Positions 1 to 12,090 of a DNA stretch of 64,000 nt are shown here, in pieces. A model generated the notes under the pieces. The model worked only from the letters and a program-made list of their open reading frames with translations, was not told the origin of the DNA and did not search any database. Position 1 is the first letter of the stretch, and each line of letters begins with the position of its first letter. This stretch comes from Octopus vulgaris. Taxonomy: Eukaryota. The translations under genes and the position numbers were made by a program. The DNA is taken from NCBI GenBank assembly GCA_951406725.2, contig OX597817.1, positions 106,330,001 through 106,394,000 of the forward strand. Reading direction: 5' to 3'.

Positions 1-149
1 TCATTCCTTATGGTATCTGAAATTATTTATTTTTATAAACTAACCCCATGGGATTTACATGGGAAATAATCATTTCATCATATTGAAACTATTATTTCCC
101 TTCCAATAACTGTGACCATCTCCTGTCCTATTGGATTTACTAATTTGGG

Positions 150-365
150 GGAATAATCCTTTCTACTATAGGTTTAAGGCCTGAAATTTTGAGGGATGGG
201 GGCTAGTCATTTACATTGACTTAAGTGCTCAACTGCTAATTATTTCATCTGCCCCACAATAGGCAACGTCAACCTCAGCAAAATTTGAACTTAAAACATG
301 AAGCTAGAAGAAATGCTGCAAACATTTTACCCAGCATGCCAACAATTCTGCCAGCTCGCTGCCTT
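150..365 (-). mobile_element. tRNA-derived SINE, family B
   Basis: Reverse complement reads GGCAGCGAGCTGGCAGAATTGTTGGCATGCTGGG...GTTCAAATTTTGCTGAGGTTGAC, matching the other family-B copies (A/B-box-like motifs). Confidence 0.75.
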
Positions 366-394
366 AATAATATTGAAATACTAACAAGTAATTA

Positions 395-959
395 TTGGGT
401 TGTCCAGAAAGTTTGTGCCGATTTATAGTAGCTTACCTTTCGACTTATTTTAGAACATGGTTGAGCCCATAAAATAGGATTTGACTACACCTCCATTTAG
501 AGCACAGTTTAAGCTATCTTTTCCTGGAGAAGGTTTATGTTCCTATAACCTGTGTTAATTCTGTAACCCTTTCAAATGGAAGATAAGAAAGTTCATTTTC
601 GGCAGTTGATGCTTTGGGAACCAGACAAAAATTGCTGCAGCTCGGCTGGGATGTGTTACCCCACCCTCCATATTCACCAGATATTGCTCCTTCAGATTTC
701 CACTTATTCAGGTCTCTGCAGAATAGTCTTAATGGTAAAAATTTCAATTCCTTGAATGACATGAAAAATTATCTTGATGAATTCTTTGCCATGAAACCAC
801 CTCAATTCTGGGAAGAGGGTATTTTCAAGTTAAAGGGAAGCTGGAGATGCATTGTGCAACAAAATAGTTCATATTTGGTTGATTAAGAATGAAATGGCAA
901 GTATTTATTGGCTCTTTTCTTTCCTTTAAAAATCAGCACGAACTTTCCGGAAAACCCAA
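395..959 (+). mobile_element. Internally deleted mariner element with TIRs and TA TSD
   Basis: TIRs TTGGGTTGTCCAGAAAGTTTGTGCCGATTT (395-) and AAATCAGCACGAACTTTCCGGAAAACCCAA (-959), flanked by TA at 393-394 and 960-961. Confidence 0.92.
614..886 (+). pseudogene. Mariner transposase C-terminal fragment
   Basis: LGWDVLPHPPYSPDIAPSDFHLFRSLQN carries the YSPDLAPSD mariner motif with the third catalytic D. N-terminal domains are absent. Confidence 0.92.
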
Positions 960-1187
960 TATATATTTAACATATGTCTGAGTGCATTTGGATATGAGAA
1001 GACCTTCCACTAGGGAAATAGAACATTCTTCTCTTAGGCTCAAGGGAAAATTTATCTTGAGCTGTAAATGATGTCATTGGATCATAGGATACATGCATTC
1101 TTGCATTCTTTTGCTTCATCAACTACGGACACCAAATCTGTCAGCCACAGCCCAATAAGAATGGAATTATTATTATCAAAACAGCAA

Positions 1188-1400
1188 ATGTGGTGAGCTG
1201 GCTGAATCATTAGCATACTGGGCAAAATGCTTAGCAGTATTTTGTCCATAATTACGTTCTGGGTTCAAATGCTGTTGGGATCAACTTTGCCTTTCATCCT
1301 TTTGGGGTGGATAAAATAAGTGCCAGTTGAACACTGGGAACAATTTATCCCCTTCCCCCAAATTTCTGAACTTATGCCAAAACTTGCAGTCATTATTACT
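1188..1400 (+). mobile_element. tRNA-derived SINE, family B
   Basis: GGTGAGCTGGCTGAATCATTAGC...GGGTTCAAAT...CTTTGCCTTTCATCCTTTTGGGG, shared with other copies. Confidence 0.75.
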
Positions 1401-2044
1401 AAAACAACTGACATGTTAGCTGACATGCCTAAAGCTTCATTAAGCTAGAATTAAGTAAACAATGTTGCACAAAGCAATACTGAATAAAATATATTCATGG
1501 TATTGTCATATTTAACATGTTAAATGAATACACTTGTTTCAATACTGCGTCATGCAACATTATTTATATAGAAATAATAACATTTAAGAATTACTATGAA
1601 GATATTTGGTCACACCCACAGGGCAGAGTAGTATGACATTACTTGTCATAAAATTAGTTGCTAACTTCAGCTTATCTTGTTGCATTTGGTTTCTGTTTCC
1701 TTCCATCGTTAGATACAAATTTAATGTTTTACTCTCATTTCACCTCTTTATAAGATGAATAAACAACTGTTACAGATAGGCAAGAATCTAGTATAGTATC
1801 AGGGTTAGATAAAATTTGATATACGAAAATTTAGACACATTACACTCAGGAATATAATATAAAATTGGACAATTATATAAGGAGTGTAGATGGAAGAGCA
1901 TTGTAGAAAATGAAAGAGAGTAGTATATTTTAGATTAAAAAAGAACTTTGTTTATCTTAATTTTGAAAAATAATGAAGTATAGAAAATGCATTATTTATG
2001 GGATGACCCGACATAAATATATATATACATGCACACACTCACAT

Positions 2045-2520
2045 ACAGGGTGCATCAGTTTTCTGAGGTCATTTGTAGTATGAATATAGAAAAAGACACA
2101 CAGCTCATCTAAGAAAAACTGTATTTGAAAAGAAATTTGTACAAATAATCTTGAGAATCCTTTTATCACACCTATTGAAAGTATCCACTGTTAGCATCAA
2201 TGGCTGTTTCAGTATGTCATCAGAAGTGTTGAAATGCCTGAATCAGATAATCATTATCAATTTTGGACATAATGCTGGTTGTGGTGGACTTGAGAGGTTT
2301 TATGAGGGTGTTGATTGACCTGTCTCTTGGCTACACCCTATGCATAATACTTTAGTGGATTGAGGTCTGGTGAGCTAGGAGGTCATGTTTCTGGAAGCTA
2401 ACCCTCAGTTATTTACACTCTCATCAATGATGCCTAAGTGAGAGGGTCAATCCACATGTTGCGGTATTTTTTCTCTCAATCAAGTTTTAATCACCTGATG
2501 AAAATGCTTTTTCCGTGATG
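2045..2520 (-). mobile_element. Decayed Tc1/maT-like transposon 3' part
   Basis: Minus strand about 2385-2300 translates (W)PPSSPDLNPL..Y..GV...VNQHPH. Terminal TA-CAGGGTG at about 2044. Confidence 0.65.
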
Positions 2521-2525
2521 TAATC

Positions 2526-2699
2526 CAGTGCTCCACAGCCTTTTTTCACTTGCAATACACATATATTCTTTTCAAAATTTGGCGATGCACTTGAACTAAA
2601 AATATAGGGGAAAAAATTATATTCAGGTTACCCTGTGCCACACCTAGCATTGTTTTGTGACACACCAGTGTGCCACAGCATACTGGTTGTGGAGCAATG
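2526..2699. mobile_element. hAT-type MITE
   Basis: TIRs CAGTGCTCCACAGCC / GGTTGTGGAGCAATG; 8-bp TSD ATGTAATC (2518-2525) / ATGTAATG (2700-2707). Confidence 0.75.
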
Positions 2700-2962
2700 A
2701 TGTAATGAAACTGTTCAGCCATAAAAAATGTATCTGAGACAGCTGAAGTGAATCTTTAATCCATTTGTGTTATTATTTTAGGTGAATACCATATCTAGAA
2801 CCTCCCCTACGCTGGATATGGAACTTTCATTTTAATCATGAACCAAGATGCGTGCATGCATGGCTATATATTTGCATGTATATGTATATTTTTATACGTA
2901 TGTGTGTATATATGTGAGCCTGTACATACATATTTACATGTACATGTATGTACGGATGTGGT

Positions 2963-3187
2963 ATACCCCTTTAGTGTTCAGATTATTCTATCAAACATAA
3001 TGCTTATTGATTCCCATTGATTTGAATTAGTCATGCATTATCTCATATCTTCAAGATGTTGATGGTGTAATTACTTAATGTAGAATAACATTGTAGGGTA
3101 GGTGTGAGAGCCTGGATCTGGTCAGTTTGAACATAAAACAGATTAACTATTTTGGTCGGATATGGCCAGTTTAAATACTAAAGGGAT
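2963..3187 (+). mobile_element. piggyBac-like MITE (decayed termini)
   Basis: CCCTTTAGTGTTCAGATTATTC...AAATACTAAAGGG; same family as 31201-31427. Confidence 0.7.
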
Positions 3188-3339
3188 ACACACACATGTG
3201 CTGAACACAGCCCTTTCCTGATGTTCTGAATGTTAAAATACCTTGATTCAAATGAATCTTACAATGAATTATACACAAACACACACATATATATATACAT
3301 ATACATATATATATATGTATGTATGTATATATAAATATA

Positions 3340-4300
3340 GGTAGGTACGTACATATATGTTTATATATATGCATATGTTTTATTTCATTTATTAATATAT
3401 TATATGACTAAACGCACGCACCCTCTTAAGTAAGATTGTTCTGTATATCAAGTTTTTGTCTTGATATTAACTCTCATGCGCACTCTTCACCTTTCTGTCC
3501 AATCCCTATTCTTTGATTTTCTTTTTCCCCCACTTAACTTGTCTCTTCCTCTCTCTCTCATTCTTCACTCTCTCTCTCCCCCTCACCATTCTTCATGGTC
3601 TCCTTGCAGCCTTTCCCCATCTTCTCTCCCTTCCCCTTGCTCCTCCTCCCCCCTTCCCGTCGTCCACCCGCGATGATACTTCCGCCCTGACTGTCTTTTT
3701 GACCTGGCCTTCAAGGTAACTGGACGACATTCTTCCTGCTCTCCTGTCATTCACAAAAAATTCTGCGTTTGCAATACTTTTTTCGTTAGGCGTCAACAGC
3801 CCTTCCTATCTTGTTTTTCCCTGTCCTGTCTTTTACTGTTATATTTTTTTACTGTTTATATTTTTTACTGTTTATATTTTTTTACTGTTTATTTTTTTAC
3901 TGTTTATATTTTTGTACTGTCGTTACTGTCCTGTTTTTTTACCATTTTTTTACCCCTCTGCGAAAAGATCTCAGAATTTTAATTGATTTGCTTTTCGCAG
4001 GAAGGAAAGTTTCTTGTCGAAGATACGTCTCGCTTTTATCCTTCAAAACGTAGAGTAGATGAAACCTTAGCGACTGAAGAAGGGGTTTTTTCGTTGTGTT
4101 AATGGTCCTGTACTTCATTTTTTGTTGTTTTTAAAAAAATGTCCAGTTCCTTTGGTTTGTGTCTATGTTTTCGTTTCTCTTTGTGTTCGACGTCCCTTTG
4201 GTGTCCTGTACTCATATATGCGTGTATATGTACATGTAGAGGTAGGTACGTACATATATGTTTATATATATGCATATGTTTTATTTCATTTATTAATATA
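3340..4300 (+). mobile_element. Putative non-autonomous Penelope-like element with terminal direct repeat, carrying permuted hammerhead copy 1
   Basis: About 60-bp direct repeat GGTAGGTACGTACATATATGTTTATATATATGCATATGTTTTATTTCATTTATTAATATAT at about 3340 and 4241. The 3' part is homologous to about 63290-63590 and (inverted) about 20760-21050. Internal (TTTTACTGTTTATATT)-like tandem repeats at 3830-3915. Penelope assignment is inference. Confidence 0.55.
3952..4086 (+). ncRNA. Non-circularly permuted hammerhead ribozyme, copy 1 (G12A, probably inactive)
   Basis: TACG-TC-TCGCT (4024-4034), then AAAA-CGTA (4045-4052), then AGCGA-CTGAAGA (4069-4080). Stems I and III each pair 5/5. Confidence 0.7.
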
Positions 4301-4403
4301 TATATATATATATGTATGTATATATATATATATATATATATACACAAAATGGCTGGCGGTTAGTAAGGAGAGACACACAAATAAGAAAGAAGAAAGCAAA
4401 GGA

Positions 4404-4443
4404 CCACTGATGCGGTCACAGGCATGTGACGAAAGAACTCTGG
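4404..4443 (+). ncRNA. Minimal type I hammerhead motif (A9C variant)
   Basis: CCA-CTGATGC-G-GTCACA ggca TGTGAC-GAAA-GAAC-TC-TGG; same family as 44544-44588. Confidence 0.6.
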
Positions 4444-5412
4444 CTGAAATAAGATTAAGATTAATGTAATAAATAAATAACACTGAAGCAAAGTAACACC
4501 AAATATATAGTGCATGTGTTTTTATTGGCTAAACTGGCAAAATGACCATTCCGAAATACAACAATATATAAATATATATATGTATGTATGCATGTATTTG
4601 TATATATATGTGTTAGTGTTGTACTTGTCCTCAACTGCCATTTAACAACTAGTGGTAGTTTGTTTTCATCCCATAGCTTAGCAGTTCACCAAAAAACACT
4701 GACAGAATAAGTTCTAGGCTTAAAAATCGGTACTGAGATCAATTTGTTCAACTAAAACCTTTCAAGGCAGTGCCCCAGTATGACCACAGTCTAGTGAATG
4801 AAACAAGTAATTAATTAAGCAGATTAGTGATCTTTTTTTGTGTAGTATTATTATTATTGAGTGAGAGAGTAATGCATGCCATCAAAGTGGCACTGGGTTA
4901 CAAATATACGAAACCCAATATACCCATCATCACCACCCGTCTGATAAGAGTACACCAGGCACACGCATCACAATCATATGTACATGACATGGTGATCTCA
5001 TATCAAGATAAACTGCACATGACCTTGTAGGTGGAGCCCAGTTAGTATTTTCTTCAGGTCAAGTAGTTCATCCCACTCAAAAGGTCTTTGAATGAGGGTT
5101 GTTTAAGGATGATGAATAAAACACCCATGTTTCCAGAGGTGAATTATTCAAACCCCATAGAATTCCCTCAACACATAGCTACGATGCTCCCCCACTACTT
5201 CTGCTTGTGATCAATGATGCACATATCGGCAGCAACTAAGGGACATGCTCAAGTGATTAAGGTTAAGCAACTGACAAGCAAGTCTGTGGTATAGAGCAGA
5301 ATATTTGCTGTAGTTCATCTTTTTATACCAAAACAAAATATGTACATGATCACACTTCAAATCAGTTAAGATCAGAAGCCATGAGAGCCAGTGCCTGATA
5401 CTGCATCAGGGC

Positions 5413-5808
5413 CTGGGCAAAATGCTAAGCACCATTTCATCTGTCTTTACATTCTGAGTTCAAATTCCACCAAGGTCAACTTTGCCTTTCATCCTTTTGA
5501 GGTCAATAAAATAAGTATAAAATGAGTACTGGGATCGATGCCATCAACTTTCCCCTCCCCAAAATTGCTGGCCTTGTGCCAAAATTTGAAATTATTATTA
5601 TTATTATTATATATCCTTTGTTATATCATTTAATGTGGTAGTGTTGTCCTTTGGTCGATGTGAACCCCACCTGTTTTTTTTTTTGCTTCTGTGTGTTGTA
5701 ACTCATCCTTTGATATTGTCCTCCATGTTTGGGCCCTTGTGGCCAATAAAAGAAATCATCATTATGAAAGGACTATTATTATTATTATTATTATCATCAT
5801 CATCATCA

Positions 5809-5848
<40 letters not shown>

Positions 5849-6313
5849 CATTATTATTATCATTATCATTATCATTATATCAAGGAGACAAGCTGGCAGA
5901 CTTATTAGCACACCGGGCTAAATGCTTAGCAGTATTTCACCCATCACTCTGTTCTGAGTTCAAATTCCGCTGAGGTCAACTTTGCCTTTCATCCTTACAG
6001 GGTTGATAAATTAAGTCCCAGTTGAACACTAGGGTTGATGTAATTGACACATCCCCTACCCCAAAAATGGCTGCCCTTGTGCCTATAGTAAAAGGGATTA
6101 TTATTATTATTAAGGTAGTGAGCTAGCAGAATTGTTAGTATGCTGAACAAAACACTTAACAGTATTTCACCCATCATTATGTTCTGAGTTCAAATTCTGC
6201 TGAGGTTAACTTTGCCTTTCATCCTTTTGGTGTCGATAAATTTAGTACCAGTGAAACACTGGAGTCAATGTAACTGACTAGTCCCCTCCCACAAAATTTC
6301 AAGGCCTTATGCC
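5413..6313 (+). mobile_element. Cluster of three family-B SINE copies separated by (ATT)n/(ATC)n
   Basis: Copies at about 5413-5600, 5883-6110 and 6113-6313 (the last continues at 8817-8857 after the hAT insertion). Shared GAGTTCAAATTCC and GCCTTTCATCC motifs. Confidence 0.8.
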
Positions 6314-8816
6314 CAGGGGTTGTAAAAAATGAATTGATGAAAAATTGATTACAATATATATGTTAATTGCAACATTGTCAGCGAAAGTTTTTCAAATGGC
6401 TCATGCTTCATTTGACGTTCAGTTGGCAAATACAGCATTCTATTATTTGAGGTATTGTGTTGATACTTTGTTCTGATTGCTGTGAATAACTCACACATTC
6501 TGTCATGCTTAGGAATTGACTATTGTGTATGTTGTCAAGTGTTGATGCTTGATTCGGACCACTGAGAATGATACATATTCTATCATGCTTGGGAATTGGC
6601 TATTGTGTCTCTTGTGAAGTAACTGCTGTTGAGTGTTGATGCTTGGTTAGGACTGCTGAGAATAATTCACACATTCTGTTGTGTTTGGGAATTGGCTATT
6701 GTGTATGTTGTCAAATAATCACTGTCATGATTCTGACTGCCAAGAATGATTCACACATTCTGCCTTCAAGTCATTAAATCATAACTTCATCTGTAACATG
6801 GTTGTATCTTGAATTCTGCTCCAACGTATTAACTGAACCAGACTTTCATCAGTGGAGTGGCGAAACATCTATTCTAAACTGTGGTGAAATATCTTTTATT
6901 TTAAACTGTGGTAAAATATCTTTTATTTTAAATTAACCCATGGTGCGTGAAAACAAGCAAATCATCAGAAAATATTTAAACCAAACAGACAGTGAACATG
7001 TATGGAAATGCAAGTGTGGACACAGAAAAAGGAACTGGATGGACAAATCTTATGAATCATATAAAAAAAGCAGCATCCAGAGTATTCTACTACACAAGTA
7101 ACTGGACGACCATCTTTATCGAGTTTTCTTTCACCAAGATGTAGTTTGGTCAGCCGCTCGGCCTTAAATGTTTATGGTTGGATTGAGTGGGTATGTGTTG
7201 GTTTAAAACCATTTTCCTTTACTGAAGACCCACTGACTCATAAGTACACACTTTTGAGAAGTATGACAAATGTGACCTTAAAGAAATACTTGGAGAAACT
7301 TACTCAAGTGGAAAAGAAAATATCTGATGAACTTCCAAGTAAATTTTCGTTGGTAATCAACGGTTGAACTAGGGGTTCAACGCATTTGATTGGACTTTTT
7401 GCATCTTATTTGTGCAATTATCAAAATGACTATTGTACTGTTTTGCTGGCATTTTCGCCAATGGTAAGTGAAATATCATTCACTGCTTCTGATTATGTTG
7501 AATTTATAGAGTATGTTAAGTATCTATAACAAAAATTTAGAAAGTTTTGTAGCTATTACCGGAGATAATACTGAAGTGAACAAATCTGTAGCGAATTTGT
7601 GTAGAATTCCATTGATTGGATGTGCCTCTCGTAAATTTAATCTAACTGTTTCTGCTTATCTCGACAAGCAGGAAGTTCTGCTTGATAAAATTAATATGTT
7701 GATGGACAAGCTAAAATCATCAAAACTTGTAGGTAGACTTTGAGAAAGAACGCCTTTACAACCTATAGAAAGAAATAAAACTTGTTGGTCCAGTACTTAT
7801 GACATGATTGAGAGGTACATCAAACTCAAGCCATTTTTAGAATCTTTTCAAGGCAATCCAAAGCTGGTTCATTATCTGTTGACTCCATATGATCATAATG
7901 ATCTGCAGACTCTTAAAGACAATTTAGGACAGTTATGCTCAGTAACAGTCGCCTTGCAAAGAACAGAAATAGATTTGGGAGATGCTTGAATTCTTTTTGA
8001 TGAAATTCTCGCTCTGTATCCTTACAAGTTTAAAAAATATTTGCTTCCATTGGCAGCCATTGTGCACAGCCCATATTTTGAAAGTGGAGTTGTGAACATT
8101 TTACAACATGCAGAAGCAGAGCTAACTGCAAATGAAGTGGTTACTCTACATCAGCTGAAAGTGGTGACAGACACATCACAACAGTCTGATTTACCTGTAG
8201 AAGATGATGATATTGCTTCAATTTGTTTGAAAAACACAAAAAAGATAAAATTTCACCTCAACAACACCTGAACTGTAGATTTTTGTTACCAATATCCAGT
8301 ATCTTGGAACATTTCTTCAGCTCAGTGAGTTACGCTTTTAGTGATTTTCAGCAATACTTAATGTCAATTATTTCTAAAAGTCAATTGCGCTTTCTGGGAT
8401 GAAGAACTAGTTTCAGAAATCTGCAATCGTTCATGACCTTTTAGAACTATATTAGAACATTTTAATTGTGCTATTCGTTTGAGAAACTCTTACAATTAAA
8501 GACCTTCAATGTATTTGTTTTTCAACAACTGTACAACATGTTGCTTGTTCCCTATTCTAAATCAATAAAATTTAACTTTGAATGTTTTCTGATCATAAAA
8601 TTTTTTGAAACTATAAGACGTGCCTTTTATTTTCCTGTCATTTTGGCTCTTATCTAAATTGAAGCTAACACTCCAAAATATATGGAGTTTTTCTGTTTGG
8701 CAAAATAATTGACAATTAATTGCAATAATTGATTGGCCTGTATCCCAATTAAAATTAATTGATTGTTAAGAAAATAATTGATTAGAAAGGTTCCAATCAA
8801 TTATTTACAACCTCTG
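6314..8816 (+). mobile_element. Full-length hAT DNA transposon inserted in a SINE
   Basis: TIRs CAGGGGTTGTAAA / TTTACAACCTCTG; 8-bp TSD CTTATGCC (6306-6313) / TTTGTGCC (8817-8824). The SINE sequence resumes exactly across it. Repeated AATTGATT subterminal motifs and about 90-bp internal repeats at 6480-6770. Confidence 0.92.
6940..8436 (+). pseudogene. hAT transposase pseudogene (frameshifts and stops)
   Basis: MVRENKQ..WKCKCG..GTGWTNLMNHI (BED-like finger), NVYGWIEWV, FSLVING, ITGDNTEVN..IGCASRKFNL, RNKTCWSST, IVHSPYFESGVV, FLKVNCAFWDEELV*. Confidence 0.88.
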
Positions 8817-8857
8817 TTTGTGCCTATAGCAGAAAGGATTATTATTATTATTATTAT

Positions 8858-9545
8858 TTGGATCATAGGGTGACCTGCTGTGCTTGAGGAGACCTACTGA
8901 GTCAAGTACATCAACATCAAAACAAAAATCAAATGGAAATTGTAGTTGTGATACCCATGCCGGTGGCACGTAAAAAGCACCATCCGAACGTGGCCGATGC
9001 CAGTGCCGTCTTAACTAACCTTTGAATGTTGGGCCTCACAGAAGCAATGACGAAAGACCGAGATCTCTGGAGATATGCTGTAACTGCGAAAACCCGACAA
9101 ATAAAGTGAGTTCAAGGCTGTATCCTACACCAGTTTCGCATAACCAGCCCCAGCCCATTCAAAAGTATCTTGGATTGTAGGACAACCTGCTGTGCTTACC
9201 TTGGATCATAGGGTTACTTGCTGTGCTTGAGGAGACCTACTGAGTCAAGTACATCAATATCAAAATAAAAATCAAATGAAAATTGTAGTTGTGATACATG
9301 TGCCAGTGGCACATAAAAAGTACCAACCAATTGCGGCCATTGCCAGCCCCCTCTGGCCCCTGTGCCGGTGGCACGTAAAAAGCACCCATTACATTCATGG
9401 AGTTGTTGGCATTAGGAAGGGCATCCAGCTGCGGAAACACTGCCAGATCAGACTGGAGCCTGGTGCAGCCTCCTTGCTTCCCAGACCCCGGTCAAACCAT
9501 CCAACCCATGCTAGCATAGAAAACGAATGTTAAATGATGATGATC
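8858..9545 (+). mobile_element. Tandem RTE LINE 3'-end fragments
   Basis: Homologous to the 3' UTR of the 13266-15449 element and ends in (GAT)n. About 100 bp is duplicated (8858-8960 vs 9200-9310). Confidence 0.8.
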
Positions 9546-9709
9546 AATTCAAAGTCAATTTTGCTTTTCATCCTTTGGGGGGTTGATAAATTAAGTACAA
9601 GTTGAGTACTGGGATCAATGTGATCGATTGTCCCCCTCCCCACAAAATCCAGGTTGTGTGCCTATAGTAGAAAAGATTATTATTATTATAGATTATCCAT
9701 AGCCCATGT

Positions 9710-11640
9710 CATGAAGGAAGCATGTTGGCAATATTCCATTGAATATATGGCCTACATACAAAATTAATGTCATATTTGAGGCATGCAATCATATAAAATG
9801 TGAAACTATTACAAATCACTTAAGCACATTAAAAAAAAATCTGTAATAGTTTCCAATTAAGGAAAACATTGAACTAGATATTTAGTGATGTATTTTCTGA
9901 AGTAAGCAATGGTTTACTTACATCTAATGAAACATAAAGGTAATTGTAGGAGCTAGCAAGCTGCATGATAGTAGTGAAACTTTAATTTGCTAGATATCTC
10001 TGTCGTGATTTCGACTGTATTGAATCAAAGTGCATATGAAATTATCAAGGTCATGTCTTTGAGCAACTTATCAATATCAAGGCCATGTCTTTGAGCAACT
10101 TATCAATATCAAGGCTCACTGATGAAATGGTTGAGGATGTAGGAAAACACTGAATTGGACAATAACAAGTGAAGCAGTTTCTCTCTGCAAATCAATGAAT
10201 CCAATTTAAGGGATAATGATGTCTTCCTGATGGTGAATGTGAAATTTTTCAACTCCAAGAAAAGATTTTTGCCCATAGACATATGACAGACACCAAATTG
10301 GGATGAAAATTTTAAAAGAACTTGAGACCTAATTCAAAGAAAACAATATTCAGCTTGGCTATATAATGGTTCATGCAACTTGGTGCAAAATGGTGCTGCT
10401 TCTATAGTAGATAGACATAAGGTGTTCATTGCTTATTTAAAAGTATATGCCTTAGGTTTTTTGTATACACTATGTGGTCCACTGTCTACATTTGGTTGCA
10501 AAATAATTGGGCGGATGTCTACATGATGCCCTTTTGATTGTAATAAGAGCAGTCAACTTTATCAAACAGAATGTACTTGAATATCATCTTTTTTGGTAAC
10601 TTTGTGACAAAAGAAAAATGACATAAGGTTTGAAAGCCTCCTGGTACATGCTACAATTTGACGGCTATCAAAAGGTAATTGTTTCTGTTGCCTTGTAGCA
10701 CTTTGGGACAGTATTGTGTTATTTCTGAATAGCAAGTAGTTTGGTGAACAGTTAGTTGCTGCCAGGTGTGATGTATCCTACTTCTCAGATATATTTAAAA
10801 AGCTCAATTCACTGAATAAATAGTTACAAAAAGAAAACTGTAATATTATATCTTGCAAAGAGGCTATTGCTGCTCTCAATGGAAAACTATTCAGAATTAT
10901 ATAGGACATAACCAGTGACACTAAACTAGACATTAATAATCTTACTGTGCATTTGAAGCATTTGTACAGTGGTATGAAAGTTTGGTTTAGTGACTTGCAA
11001 GATATGAGCATTCCAGGTTAGAAGATGGATCCATTTAGGGTAAATACAGCTGATGTTAACATTATGTTACAAGAAAGCATTAGTGAGTTACAGAGTGTTG
11101 GAACAGCTCAAGCTTGTTTCACATATAGCAAGGTTAAGTTACAGAAAAGTAGTGAAGTGTGAAGAAGTGTCTATTTCTTTGAAAAGTAGTTGTATACTGT
11201 ATGTTATTGCTTTTCTCATTTCTCTTCTTATTTCTTTATTGCTCACAAGGGACTAAATATAGAGGGGACAAACATGGACAGACAAAGGGATTAAGTCAAT
11301 TACATCGACCCCAGTGCTTAACTGGCACTTAATTTATCAACACCGAAAGGATGAAAGGCAAAGTCGACCTTGGCGGAATTTGAACTTAGAACGTAACGAC
11401 AGACAAAATACCGCTAAGCATTTTGCCCAGTGCGCTAACGTTTCTGCCAGCTCGCCACTTTCTCATTTCTCTTCTTGATGAATCTGCCTTTTGCCAGATA
11501 ATTGACCCACTATCCAATGCAAGCAACCCTTTTCATATTGTAAGGAAAGGTGATCATTTGTCACTAATAAAAGTGCACCTATATACTGGAAGAACCTGTG
11601 AGTTTACATCAACCACAAGGCTTACAATGAACAAAGTGTC
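9710..11640 (+). pseudogene. Heavily decayed Buster/Charlie-type hAT transposase
   Basis: Fragments across frames: DEMVEDV, FSLQINES.LRDND, (D)GAASIVDRHKVFIAYLK, H...RLSKGNC. Interrupted by a SINE at 11230-11458. Confidence 0.7.
11230..11458 (-). mobile_element. Full-length family-B tRNA-derived SINE with 18-bp TSD
   Basis: TSD TTTCTCATTTCTCTTCTT at 11212-11229 and 11459-11476. 5' end GTGGCGAGCTGG (A-box-like) and GTTCAAATTCC (B-box). Confidence 0.92.
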
Positions 11641-11707
11641 AATCATAAGAATATATTTTTGTTACTATAGATGCTTTGAAGAAAAATTTTTTGTAACTAT
11701 ATATTTT

Positions 11708-12090
11708 ATTTTGTTGTATCCCAGGAGGGTTGTTATGCCAATAATTAACATATGCACTGGTACAATTTCACTTCTTTATTATTCATTAATTGGTTAACTA
11801 TTTTTAACCAACTAACTAACTGGTTGTTTGATATATCAATCACATGTGTTTGGCGAAGTCTTTTCATCACCATTCATGACCTCTTCAATGACATACTCTG
11901 TCAACTTCAGGTCTGTCTCAAACAATTGGTTCGGTAGTTGGTTTAAAAAAGTTAACCAATTAATGAATAATAAAGAAATGAAACTGAACCAGTGCATGTG
12001 TTTATTATCGACATAATTACTCCCCTGGGGTGCAACGAAATCTGTTTCGACACACAAGTTCATATGAAGAATCTTGCAAACCAAATACAA
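11708..12090. mobile_element. Foldback element (about 120-bp inverted arms) with a decayed hammerhead in the spacer
   Basis: About 11710-11832 is the reverse complement of about 11916-12040. The minus-strand spacer reads GTCA-TTGAAGA-GGTCA..TGAT-GAAA. 12040-12090 resembles 44685-44737. Confidence 0.7.

Noticed and set aside
4858-5412. Probable about 550-bp interspersed repeat next to (ATT)n
   Set aside because: Single copy in the window, with no ORF, TIR or TSD to support a classification.
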